Shown here: piece by piece, positions 40,801-48,590 of the stretch | Numbering within the stretch: the stretch's first letter is position 1 | How the letters are laid out: the number at the start of each line of letters is the position of its first letter | Assembly: GCA_017454915.1 (NCBI GenBank) | Contig: JAFTCC010000064.1 | Coordinates: forward strand, 91,322-155,321 | Direction: 5' to 3' | Origin: Paludibacteraceae bacterium | GTDB taxonomy: Bacteria; Bacteroidota; Bacteroidia; Bacteroidales; Paludibacteraceae | Length of the DNA: 64,000 bases | Notes under the pieces: model-generated | Databases searched by the model: none | Seen by the model: the letters and a program-made list of their open reading frames with translations, nothing else | What the model was told of the DNA's origin: nothing | Position numbers and translations under genes: made by a program

Positions 40801-43800
40801 TCTTGTCGGTGCTGACATTGGCTCCGCTCACTCCGTCGTAGTAGCGGCCGGTGCAGGTGTATTTGCCATTACCTACCGATGTCATGGTTGTCCAAGTCCA
40901 TGAGCCGTTTCCTGTTCCGCTGCTCGGGTGCTTGAGATAGTAGGTCTTGCTCTGCCAGTGCTCAACAGTGATAAGCGCAATGCCGTAGCAGCCGTCAGAG
41001 TTGTTGTTTTGGACTGTTACCTCATACACATAGCGTCCGTTGGCGTTGGCCACTTGGAATGTCGGGTTGGCGACCGTCTGGCTGCTGAGGAGTGCGTCGC
41101 CGCCATCGCCGCTCACGCAGTTCCACTGATATGACACGTTGGCGGGGAGTGAGCCGGTGGCTACTGACACCGCAAGCGAGGTGTTTGCGCTGACTTCACC
41201 AATGTTCTGGTCACTGAGGGTGAATGACACGCATTGCTCCCGCAGTCCGTAGCGCGTGTTGTTGTTGTTCAAGCGCGGGGTTATCTCAAGGTAGTAGTCC
41301 TTGTAGTTCGCGCTGCCGGCAGGGATGTCTATATAGCCGTAGGAGTTGTTGTCATATGTGCGGACGGCTATGGTGCCGGAATTCGTTTTAGTAACATATA
41401 GGCGGTAGCCCAACACGGCTTGCGATTTTTCTATCTCGCCATACCACTCTTTGCTGGTGGAGTTCCACGTCAATGGCACGTATCCGCTCGTTGCCGCAGA
41501 ACCTGCCTGCGCACCTGTATAGTAAGCATAGATGGTGGTGGCGTCGTCCCAATCGGTGCGGTTCGACTCGTTGACCACGTGCAGTTTAACCTTAGGCATC
41601 TCGCCGCTGACGTTGATGGTGTAGTCCTTGGTGTAGGTGTCTGACGAGCAGGCGTTGGTGCCGTTGACGCTTATGCGAACTACATACTTGCCGGCGGTGA
41701 TGAAACTGAATGTGGTGGCTTTGGTGGTGGTTGACGAGAATGATGAGCCCGCAGGTCCGCTAACCAACGACCATGCGTATGTTGAGCCGCCATTTGTGAT
41801 AGTCGGGTCAAGGCTGACGCTGAGCGCATCGTTGAGGTTGATGCTGCGCGAGAAGCCGTTGGTGTCAGCGAATGTCGCAGACGTGCAGACAACCACAGTG
41901 TAGTCCTGTGTCGTGCTGCCGCCGCAGGCGTTGGTTGCGGTGAGGCGCAGGGTATAGGTCTGTGCGGTGTTTGCCTTAGGCGTGAACACAGTGGAAGCGG
42001 TGTTGGTAGATGAGAACGAGCCTTCCGAGCCGCTGACGCGCGACCACGCATAGGTCGTGGTATTGGTGGCGGTTGGGCTCAACGACAATGTGCCGTCTGA
42101 CTTAATGCTGTGCGATGTAGTGCCCGGGGTAATCACCGGAGCCGGGCAGTTGACGGTTACCACGCAAGTTTTAGTTGTCGTGCTGCCGCAAGAATTCTTC
42201 ACAGTACATGTTACAGTGTAAGTGCCTGACTTGGTGGCTGTGAGGGTGGTGGAGGCGGTGCCTGACGCGCTGCTCAGCGAGCAGTTTGTCGTTGGCGTTC
42301 TTGTCCACTTGATGTTGGCAACATCAGCATTGGTCAGGTTGCTCACTGTGATAGTTTTTGTTACACTCTGTTCGCCGCTTGCCGGCAGGCTCAAAGTAGC
42401 ATTTGCTGTGAGCGTATATGTCGGCGTGGCGCAGTCGGGATAGTTGGTGTAAGCATATACGCCATTCTTGGTACATCCATGCGGCACAAACCACGAAGTG
42501 CCCTTGAAATAGTTGGTTCCGTCAGTAACAACATTACCATTTATGTGCACAGGCGTTTCTGAAGAAATCCATTCTGTCTGGATAATGCGGTTATCGTCAC
42601 CACTTTCATTATTGTTACACAATATTATAATGCCGTATGTTTCATCAGCGAATATATTATCTGAAGTGAATTTCCACCAAACATTGCCAGTCGCAGTGTC
42701 GGTATATGTCGATGCTTTGGCTGATGATGTCGTTGGACGGTTATTCCATGCTGAGATATCGCTATAGAAATTTGCGTTATCTGTTTTGCGCCATGCCCAG
42801 AAGCCATAGAGTGTTTGGAGGTCGACACCTGTTAGCGACGAATTAGAGCCTTTGGTCTTCAATATATAGATTACCGCATATTCTTTGACTGTTATCGTAA
42901 CACGCTTTGTGGCGACTTCAGTTCCACTATATTTCACACTGATGTCGAAGTAGTATTTTCCAGCCTCAGAGCATGTGAAGTTGCTATTAGCGGTGTATGA
43001 GGCGGTGGATTCGTCAGGTTTGGTAACCGTGATGGTCTTGGTGCAGTTGTCGGCATTGGCGTACGTGGGATTAACCTGAATAACTGTGCCTACGCCCACT
43101 GTCTGGTTAGAGCAGGTGATGGTCGGGCTGCTGGTTTTAACTGTCACGTCTTTGGTTACTACAACAGAGCCGCCGTATGACACGTTTATTGTGAAAGTAT
43201 AAGTACCTAATTCTGTAATCGTATAATTTGCGCCGGCGGTGTAAGACGAACTTGCTCCGCTCGGTGTGGTCACCGAGATGGTCTTTGTGCAGTTGTCGGC
43301 ATTAGTATAGGTTGGAGATACGGTAATCGTCTGCCCAAGCTGCTTGCCGGTCTGGTTGGAGCAGGTGATTGTCGGAGCCTTGACGGTAATGGTGGCGGTT
43401 GTTGATGCCACCTCTGTGCCGCCGTAAGTGACGCTGATGGCTACATTATGCGTGCCGGTTTCCGCAACTGTGTAGCTGGTGCCGTTATATGTCGTGCTTG
43501 CTCCCGAAGGCGCGGTTATTGTTATTGTCTTGGTGCAGTTGTCTGCATTGGTGTAAGTGGGTGAAATTGTAACCGCAGTTCCCAAGGCTATATTTGTCTG
43601 GTTGGAGCAGGTTACGGTAGGCGTGCTGACGGTAACTGTTTTGGTGTTAGTCTTTGAGTAGTTGGCCCCGTGTGCCGTATAGGTTGAGGTGGCGGTCATT
43701 GTCCATGTGCCGACTTTCGTGAAAGTGTAGTCGCTGCCGAGCGTGTAAGCCGCTCCGCTGGGTGTGCCGCTCTCGTGGCTTATGGTGGCGGAGTTGGTGG

Positions 43801-45502
43801 TGTAGGCGGCATTTGAGAGGGTCATATTGGCCGTGCCGCCTAATTGTATGGTTTCCGAAGTGTTGTTGGCCACCACGTCGCTGACAAGCACCTTAACCCA
43901 TGCGGACTCGTATGTGGTGCCGTCGTGCGTCATCTGCACTTGGAAATAGTGGCACGTGGACTCGTTTGTTCCGTTTGTCAGACAGTAGAAGCCGCTGTAA
44001 ACGTTGCTTGACTGCGATGTGGACCACGCCGATGGAGTTCCGTCGGGGGTTATCTTATAGCGGAACTTATATGTTGGCGTGGCAGTGGTGTTAGCCGGCG
44101 TGGCGGTCAGCGTAACCTGCGAGCCTATCGACATCGGCGCTCCGCCTCCGCCAGGGGCGTTGGTCTTGAGGGTGACGCTGGGCGTGGCGCTTGTGGTCAC
44201 GGTTAACGTTGTTGAGGCGGATGCGGTGCAAGAGCCTTGCGTTACAGTAATCTTCAGCACATACGTTCCGTTGCCAGAAGGAGTGAAGGTCGTGGCTGCA
44301 GTATTTGTTGAGGAGAAAGTGCCTGACGGGCCGGATGTTTTTGTCCATGCTATAGTCTTGTCGCCGGTAATGGTTACCGTTGGCGAGAAACTGATGTTGC
44401 TGGCGCCGTTCAAGTCCAGTTCGCTGGTTGAGGCCAAATCTGTTATGGTAGCCGTGTTGCAGTTTACTGTTATGGTGCATGTCCCAGCAGTGGTGGCCAC
44501 CTGCGCGCTGCTATATTTTTGCGTTACGGTGAGTGTTGCTGTGGTAGAACCTGGGGTTGAGCCTGTGTAGCTCGGATTTACTGCAGTAGTGCTTGAGAAA
44601 GATCCGTATGCGGATGAAGCCAATGTCCATGCATACGTTTTGCTGCCATTTGTTGGGGATGAGCATGAAGTTCCCATAGCAACGCTGCTGCCAACATTAA
44701 CACTCTTATTAGCAATACCAGATATCACTGGACTGGGGTTCTGCGAGTAGGCGCGTGCAGAACCGGCAGATGTACCATTTGGAACTATCCACGCGGCGCC
44801 TGTGAACGATGGTTTTTGTGTGCCGTTTGAACCGTCTTTATAAGGATTGTTTTCTCCGTCATACATCTTAGTGCCGCCGTTGGCAGCAGTCTTCCATATA
44901 ATGTAGAATGCTGTAGAGGCGTCTGTCGTGGTGGAGCAGAAGTCATACCACACATTACCATTGGCATCAGTATATGTTGTCGTGGTGCTGGGTGCAGCAT
45001 TGTAATTAGATGATCCCATGAAATTTACGTTGCTGCCATCCCATGCCCAGAGGTAGCCGCTATTGCTGCGAGCTGTATAGTTGCTGAAGGTACAAATACT
45101 TGCATTAGTTTTCAACACATATATATGCGCCGGATTAGTAATAACCTGTTGAACTAAAACAGAGGCACTGCTGTTAGAGGCGCTTGAGATAATCATAATG
45201 CGGTATTTCTTGCCGCTGGTTACCGTTGCGCTTCGGTTGTTGGGCGAGATGGTGTTATCATAATTCTTGTTTTTCTCTATCTTGAATGAGAAGGATGAAG
45301 AGTTTGCTGTTACTTCAAGGTAGTAGTACGTCGAGCCGTTATACGTCATGCTGCTTGACATCTGTTGCCAAGTACCCCAACTGCCGCCTGACCAGCCGCT
45401 ACCTGTAACATAGAAAGCTCCCCACGCTGTGTTCCACACTGCGGCGAGGCTCAGCACCATTGTCAGCGCATATAAGCGCATATATTTCGTAAAGTTTTTC
45501 AT
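37805..45502 (-). CDS. giant (2565 aa) cell-surface repeat protein / adhesin with T9SS type-A C-terminal sorting domain
   Basis: Signal peptide. Many S/T-rich Ig-like modules. Three amylase-type carbohydrate-binding-like modules (e.g. YLWAWDGSNVNFMG...NVWYDF...FYIIWK). The C-terminus ...NIMLFDAAGRLISNE...LPQGVYMLRIGTHTTKVVL is typical of a T9SS CTD. Confidence 0.8.
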   Translation of the reverse strand: MKNFTKYMRLYALTMVLSLAAVWNTAWGAFYVTGSGWSGGSWGTWQQMSSSMTYNGSTYYYLEVTANSSSFSFKIEKNKNYDNTISPNNRSATVTSGKKYRIMIISSASNSSASVLVQQVITNPAHIYVLKTNASICTFSNYTARSNSGYLWAWDGSNVNFMGSSNYNAAPSTTTTYTDANGNVWYDFCSTTTDASTAFYIIWKTAANGGTKMYDGENNPYKDGSNGTQKPSFTGAAWIVPNGTSAGSARAYSQNPSPVISGIANKSVNVGSSVAMGTSCSSPTNGSKTYAWTLASSAYGSFSSTTAVNPSYTGSTPGSTTATLTVTQKYSSAQVATTAGTCTITVNCNTATITDLASTSELDLNGASNISFSPTVTITGDKTIAWTKTSGPSGTFSSTNTAATTFTPSGNGTYVLKITVTQGSCTASASTTLTVTTSATPSVTLKTNAPGGGGAPMSIGSQVTLTATPANTTATPTYKFRYKITPDGTPSAWSTSQSSNVYSGFYCLTNGTNESTCHYFQVQMTHDGTTYESAWVKVLVSDVVANNTSETIQLGGTANMTLSNAAYTTNSATISHESGTPSGAAYTLGSDYTFTKVGTWTMTATSTYTAHGANYSKTNTKTVTVSTPTVTCSNQTNIALGTAVTISPTYTNADNCTKTITITAPSGASTTYNGTSYTVAETGTHNVAISVTYGGTEVASTTATITVKAPTITCSNQTGKQLGQTITVSPTYTNADNCTKTISVTTPSGASSSYTAGANYTITELGTYTFTINVSYGGSVVVTKDVTVKTSSPTITCSNQTVGVGTVIQVNPTYANADNCTKTITVTKPDESTASYTANSNFTCSEAGKYYFDISVKYSGTEVATKRVTITVKEYAVIYILKTKGSNSSLTGVDLQTLYGFWAWRKTDNANFYSDISAWNNRPTTSSAKASTYTDTATGNVWWKFTSDNIFADETYGIIILCNNNESGDDNRIIQTEWISSETPVHINGNVVTDGTNYFKGTSWFVPHGCTKNGVYAYTNYPDCATPTYTLTANATLSLPASGEQSVTKTITVSNLTNADVANIKWTRTPTTNCSLSSASGTASTTLTATKSGTYTVTCTVKNSCGSTTTKTCVVTVNCPAPVITPGTTSHSIKSDGTLSLSPTATNTTTYAWSRVSGSEGSFSSTNTASTVFTPKANTAQTYTLRLTATNACGGSTTQDYTVVVCTSATFADTNGFSRSINLNDALSVSLDPTITNGGSTYAWSLVSGPAGSSFSSTTTKATTFSFITAGKYVVRISVNGTNACSSDTYTKDYTINVSGEMPKVKLHVVNESNRTDWDDATTIYAYYTGAQAGSAATSGYVPLTWNSTSKEWYGEIEKSQAVLGYRLYVTKTNSGTIAVRTYDNNSYGYIDIPAGSANYKDYYLEITPRLNNNNTRYGLREQCVSFTLSDQNIGEVSANTSLAVSVATGSLPANVSYQWNCVSGDGGDALLSSQTVANPTFQVANANGRYVYEVTVQNNNSDGCYGIALITVEHWQSKTYYLKHPSSGTGNGSWTWTTMTSVGNGKYTCTGRYYDGVSGANVSTDKKIRVTMIIGDVGTDIGFNGDASAPYTLEYFNNGSGNWIANSSAGTYNEQAYYQFLVPENASFWVHDKYWVSNDDNLKSHQTEDHAGKAGDIFVHVYSQNKAYNEKMKWSSDEELPSWYVRHDGYRDNEHILNHEQARGNVIWIYDEFTDELSIMPSGTLYRLGAQVPNVEPFKFAGSATNEYFSNYVKAAGTGEANKMSLFVAAGAEVRLYTSTNGGASWNYANKTFSAPSATESGVWVTNLATTTTIGAWTKYEGDFWVRSRGVLNNLGNYKNNDAKFTAFEPDRSFVNEYYNHYWVKWCNHGENISAMVANQYNPDIAGEIPSYTIGDGDDGGANIRYSYDNTTNHFGYSLLNGSTAHSDYLTIFGGDNVYKSTATATTKSRLLQSDKYGLVDMSDWVYTAELKAEEHATIRLLGHYYHSTGVATPRNMWLLGNNTTLLEILTANNPNDLRNMLVSYDYKTNRIVAGWIPDGDKFNSGETTIEANLILRREMNNDTKTFDVNGTASIKGLKRAYFYFILKPNNNDVTALDANKNLFWFSVPFECKISDAFGLSGYNTDWVIQRYRGDARAQYSWTINIPTFWNNAKSTYTLKAGEGYAFSFKAANIDFPSVGHWDNGVLLETVRQKGIFFPSVAANIGDVKAQSRLAEYPEMICEAQGGARKGEDSNWRVIGPIAFENVAPNNGTPADDSFTSPYGANAFPNFLYIFNDVFQKGSGNNSPIALTSKGASTGYYVENGKTFTYKPCYSYMTQFAGTIDWAAAGRIATPSFAPRRRAENTPANVYHNEDYTLRLFDSEQGLVDQTIVLLQTDASDEFNPGEDLFKFRNNTAALFTLVGNTEAAGNALEYKDQEVPLTVVVPEAGQYTVELTEGVSQTASVVLVDHVENIRTELTDFTYTANLPAGEVKDRFTLIFTVGAKPQSQQPTGLAELTGNMLVRVVDGRINVEGIEGSQNIMLFDAAGRLISNEQAADEWKSAALPQGVYMLRIGTHTTKVVL
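42880..43630 (-). repeat. three tandem coding repeats of about 82-83 aa inside the giant gene
   Basis: (T/P)TITCSNQT...(S/N)PTY(T/A)NADNCTKTI(T/S)(I/V)T...SY(T/N)...Y(T/F)...(V/I)SV(T/S/K)Y(G/S)G(T/S)... occurs three times. The CSNQ codons recur at about 43598, 43352 and 43103 (246 and 249 bp apart). Confidence 0.85.
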
Positions 45503-45559
45503 AACGCTTTGTATTATCTTGTTAGGAAATCAATCTAAAAATTTTGAGGCTTCCGATAA

Positions 45560-46225
45560 TCAGTTTTTTCTCAACGTTTTTCTTTTGCGCATCAGCATTA
45601 TTGCGAAAGCAAACAAAGCGAGTATCCATTCTCCTCCGAGCGGATATTTGCCTATTTCACCAGGGTGGTCAAAGCCACCTGTTCCGCCCGGGTCGAACGG
45701 GTCGTCATCATCGTCGTCTGCTCGCATCATCACCGCCACATCCTCGTTCACTATGTCTGTTGAGTTCTGCCTCTGGGCTTTTGTTTTTTTGCTCCGCTGC
45801 CATGGAGAGGGCATTGTCATTGACGGGGAGTATGATTTTGCTGCCGCCCCTGTGTATGACTGCCTTGCGCCGCCCTGCGTTGCGCCTGAAGCCATAACGG
45901 GCATACCACCGCCTTTGGGGACGAAACTATCGTCAGCACCGGAACCATAAACTTGGAGCACACCGCCGGCTGAAGGACGCGATGAAGTAATGTTATAATC
46001 CACGCTGCTCTTGGTTGGAGAACCAACAGTCACCTGATACGACGACTGCCCTGCCAACGGAACAGCGAGATCACGGGTCGCTGAACTGCCCACTTTGCTC
46101 ACTGGAGATACCGGCAACGAACGTACAGGCAGCACGATAAAGTTGAAAAGCATAATCAGGGCAACAGACAGAACAGCACGGAAAGTGGAACTGGATTGCC
46201 ACAGGGTATAGTTAATACTATTCAT
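45560..46225 (-). CDS. hypothetical bitopic protein upstream of the giant adhesin
   Basis: 221 aa with an N-terminal TM and an S/G/A/T-rich middle. It has an Asp run DDDDDDPFDPGGTGG and ends in PLGGEW + TM (ILALFAFAIMLM) + RKRKTLRKN. Confidence 0.5.
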   Translation of the reverse strand: MNSINYTLWQSSSTFRAVLSVALIMLFNFIVLPVRSLPVSPVSKVGSSATRDLAVPLAGQSSYQVTVGSPTKSSVDYNITSSRPSAGGVLQVYGSGADDSFVPKGGGMPVMASGATQGGARQSYTGAAAKSYSPSMTMPSPWQRSKKTKAQRQNSTDIVNEDVAVMMRADDDDDDPFDPGGTGGFDHPGEIGKYPLGGEWILALFAFAIMLMRKRKTLRKN

Positions 46226-46320
46226 GGTATAACGCTTCCAAAAAAAATTTTGGGTTTTACAACGTTAGGTATTACAAATTCACACGATTCCTATAGGGCT
46301 TTACGCACCAATACAGCAAG

Positions 46321-46328
46321 CAAATTTA
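46321..46328 (-). promoter_or_regulatory. Bacteroidetes -7 promoter box (TAAATTTG on minus strand)
   Basis: The plus strand reads CAAATTTA, 96 nt upstream of the ATG at 46225. Confidence 0.4.
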
Positions 46329-46463
46329 CAAAAAACGAATCAAATCGTTTTTTACGACATTCCCCAAACGACTAATTTTAATGCCGAACTGACTTTTTTC
46401 GCCAATAAATCCAATCTGTCATTGACTGACCGCAGGTGTAAATTAGTTAAAATTTACCACTGC

Positions 46464-46797
46464 ACATGTGTTGCCTCTGGGGCTGGAATTGATTTGATGT
46501 TTGCGCTGAAAACCGCGGTAGCGGTGAAACAATGTTAGCCGTGGGTGAGTGAGCGGCAGCATCAAAAACCGCGGTAGCGGTGAAACAATGTTAGCCGTGG
46601 GTGAGTGAGCGGCAGCGAACGTAACCCACGGTACGCATTGCACACCCTATTCAAGTCGCGTAAGCGGCGGCACACTATTCCGGTTTTTTGTGCCGCCCCT
46701 ATGGGGCTAAATGAATTGACGATTATTCCGTTGTCCGTGGGTTTCGCTTCGCTCCACCCACGGCTAATTTTGTGCCGCCCTTACGGGGCTGTTCGCC
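46464..46797. repeat. composite REP-like element (module Y with internal 56-bp tandem duplication, then module X)
   Basis: Homologous to 54700-54970 with the modules in the opposite order. Tandem copies lie at 46509-46560 and 46565-46616. The hairpin-forming CCGTGGGT...ACCCACGG and the motif TTTTGTGCCGCCCCTAYGGGGCT are present. Confidence 0.85.
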
Positions 46798-46824
46798 AAT
46801 TATTGCAATATCAGAAAAAAAACG

Positions 46825-46832
46825 TAACTTTG
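46825..46832 (+). promoter_or_regulatory. Bacteroidetes -7 promoter box (TAACTTTG)
   Basis: AAAAAAAACGTAACTTTGCG lies 60 nt upstream of the ATG at 46892. Confidence 0.55.
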
Positions 46833-46891
46833 CGCTTTATAAGCCTTAATAAGCGACATTAGCACAAAAAACTGAAAATAAACTCAAAAAC

Positions 46892-48463
46892 ATGTACATA
46901 GACCAACACATTCTTCTGGGTCGTTCCGATAGGAACGTGTATTTGGAGCCGCGTATGGCAAACCGCCATGGATTGATAGCCGGAGCCACTGGCACTGGCA
47001 AGACAATAACCCTTGAGGTTCTCGCCGAGTCGTTCAGCGAAATGGGCGTGCCGGTGTTCCTCGCTGATGTCAAAGGCGACATCTCCGGTCTTTGCCGCCC
47101 GGGCCAGATGAACGATAACATTCAAAAACGCCTTGCCAAGTTCGGCATCGATGACTTTGAGTTCAAGCGCTTTCCTGTCCGCTTCTTCGATGTTTACGGC
47201 GAGGGCGGTCACCCTGTACGCACCACAATATCAGAAATGGGGCCGCTGCTGCTTGCGCGGCTGCTGGGGCTCACAGAAGTTCAGGAGGGCGTGCTCAACA
47301 TCGTGTTCCGCATTGCCGACGACAACGGACTGCTGCTTATCGACCTTAAGGATCTCCGCGCAATGCTCAACTATGTAGGCCAGCATGCTGCCGAATACAC
47401 CACATCGTACGGCAACGTCACCAAACAGAGCCTCGGAGCAATACAGCGCAACTTGCTGCAACTTGAGGACGAGGGAGGCGATAAATTCTTCGGGGAGCCT
47501 GACCTTAAAATCAGCGACTGGATGCAGACTGATGCTAATGGCAAAGGTTACATTAACATTCTGCACTGTGTCAAACTGTTTCAGCACCCCCTGCTCTACT
47601 CCACTTTCCTGCTGTGGATGTTGAGCGAACTGTTTGAGGAATTGCCGGAATTGGGCGACGTTGACAAACCGCGCATGGTGTTCTTCTTCGACGAAGCTCA
47701 CCTGCTGTTCAAGGATGCTCCAAAGGCCCTGATAACCAAAGTGGAACAAGTCGTGAAACTCATCCGCTCAAAAGGTGTAGGAGTGTATTTCGTAACACAA
47801 AACCCGTCGGACATACCAGACAGCGTACTCGCCCAACTCGGCAACCGTGTACAACACGCACTGCGAGCCTATACGCCGGCAGAGCAGAAAGCCGTGAGAA
47901 CTGCAGCACAGAGTTTCAGACAGAACCCCGAATTCAAAACCGAGGACGTGATTTCGGACCTCGGAGTGGGTGAGGCATTGGTGTCAACACTTGACAACGA
48001 GGGAATACCAAGCATTGTGCAACGCTGCAAAATAATATGTCCGCAAAGTTCAATGGCCGCGATTACCGATGACAGGCGAAGAGCCGAAATAGAGGCTTCG
48101 GACCTCTATGGAAAATATGAAAAAGCAATAGACCGCCAGTCGGCATACGAAGACCTGATGCAGGTGGCTCAGCAAGAAGAGCTGGAAGAACAGCTACTGG
48201 CCGAACAAAAAGCTAAAGAAAAAGAAGCCAAGAAGGCCAGCGGAGGCAGGCAGCAGAAGTCAGTTATAGAAAAAGGGCTCAATAGCGGCATGTCAAGCGT
48301 TACAAGGCAACTCAGCGGCAACATCGTGAAGTCTTTGACAGGAGGTAAAACCAAGTCCGCAAAATCTATTGCGCAACAGGCCGGAACCAATGTCCTTAAC
48401 ACAGTACTGCGGGAAGTCGGCAGCAGCCTGCTGAGAGGACTTTTCGGAACAATGAAAAAATAA
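46892..48463 (+). CDS. HerA-like P-loop ATPase (DUF853/YjgR family)
   Basis: Walker A GATGTGKT, PVFLADVKGD, and Walker B MVFFFDEAH. Lys-rich C-terminal tail. Confidence 0.8.
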   Translation: MYIDQHILLGRSDRNVYLEPRMANRHGLIAGATGTGKTITLEVLAESFSEMGVPVFLADVKGDISGLCRPGQMNDNIQKRLAKFGIDDFEFKRFPVRFFDVYGEGGHPVRTTISEMGPLLLARLLGLTEVQEGVLNIVFRIADDNGLLLIDLKDLRAMLNYVGQHAAEYTTSYGNVTKQSLGAIQRNLLQLEDEGGDKFFGEPDLKISDWMQTDANGKGYINILHCVKLFQHPLLYSTFLLWMLSELFEELPELGDVDKPRMVFFFDEAHLLFKDAPKALITKVEQVVKLIRSKGVGVYFVTQNPSDIPDSVLAQLGNRVQHALRAYTPAEQKAVRTAAQSFRQNPEFKTEDVISDLGVGEALVSTLDNEGIPSIVQRCKIICPQSSMAAITDDRRRAEIEASDLYGKYEKAIDRQSAYEDLMQVAQQEELEEQLLAEQKAKEKEAKKASGGRQQKSVIEKGLNSGMSSVTRQLSGNIVKSLTGGKTKSAKSIAQQAGTNVLNTVLREVGSSLLRGLFGTMKK

Positions 48464-48471
48464 GAGAAAAA

Positions 48472-48570
48472 AATAGAAAGACTAGAAAGACTAGTTAGAC
48501 TAGAAAAACTAGAAAGACTAGTTAGACTAGAAAAACTAGAAAAACTAGAAAAACTAGAACGACTATATAA
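48472..48570 (+). repeat. 9-bp periodic ACTAGnnAA array (11 units, with a 27-bp higher-order repeat)
   Basis: Units: AATAGAAAG ACTAGAAAG ACTAGTTAG ACTAGAAAA ACTAGAAAG ACTAGTTAG ACTAGAAAA ACTAGAAAA ACTAGAAAA ACTAGAACG ACTATATAA. The array ends 20 nt before the ATG at 48591. Confidence 0.9.
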
Positions 48571-48590
48571 AAAAGACCATAACAAAGAAC

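Noticed and set aside
46509-46616. Tandem repeats (also 48472-48570 and 58491-58530) as possible CRISPR arrays
   Set aside because: The units are directly adjacent with no unique spacers. They are only 9-56 bp long with 2-11 copies, and there are no cas genes in the window.
46892-48463. HerA-like ATPase as part of a defence system
   Set aside because: Its motifs and size match the widespread DUF853/YjgR housekeeping-type ATPase. No partner nuclease, Sir2 or DUF4297-like gene is adjacent.
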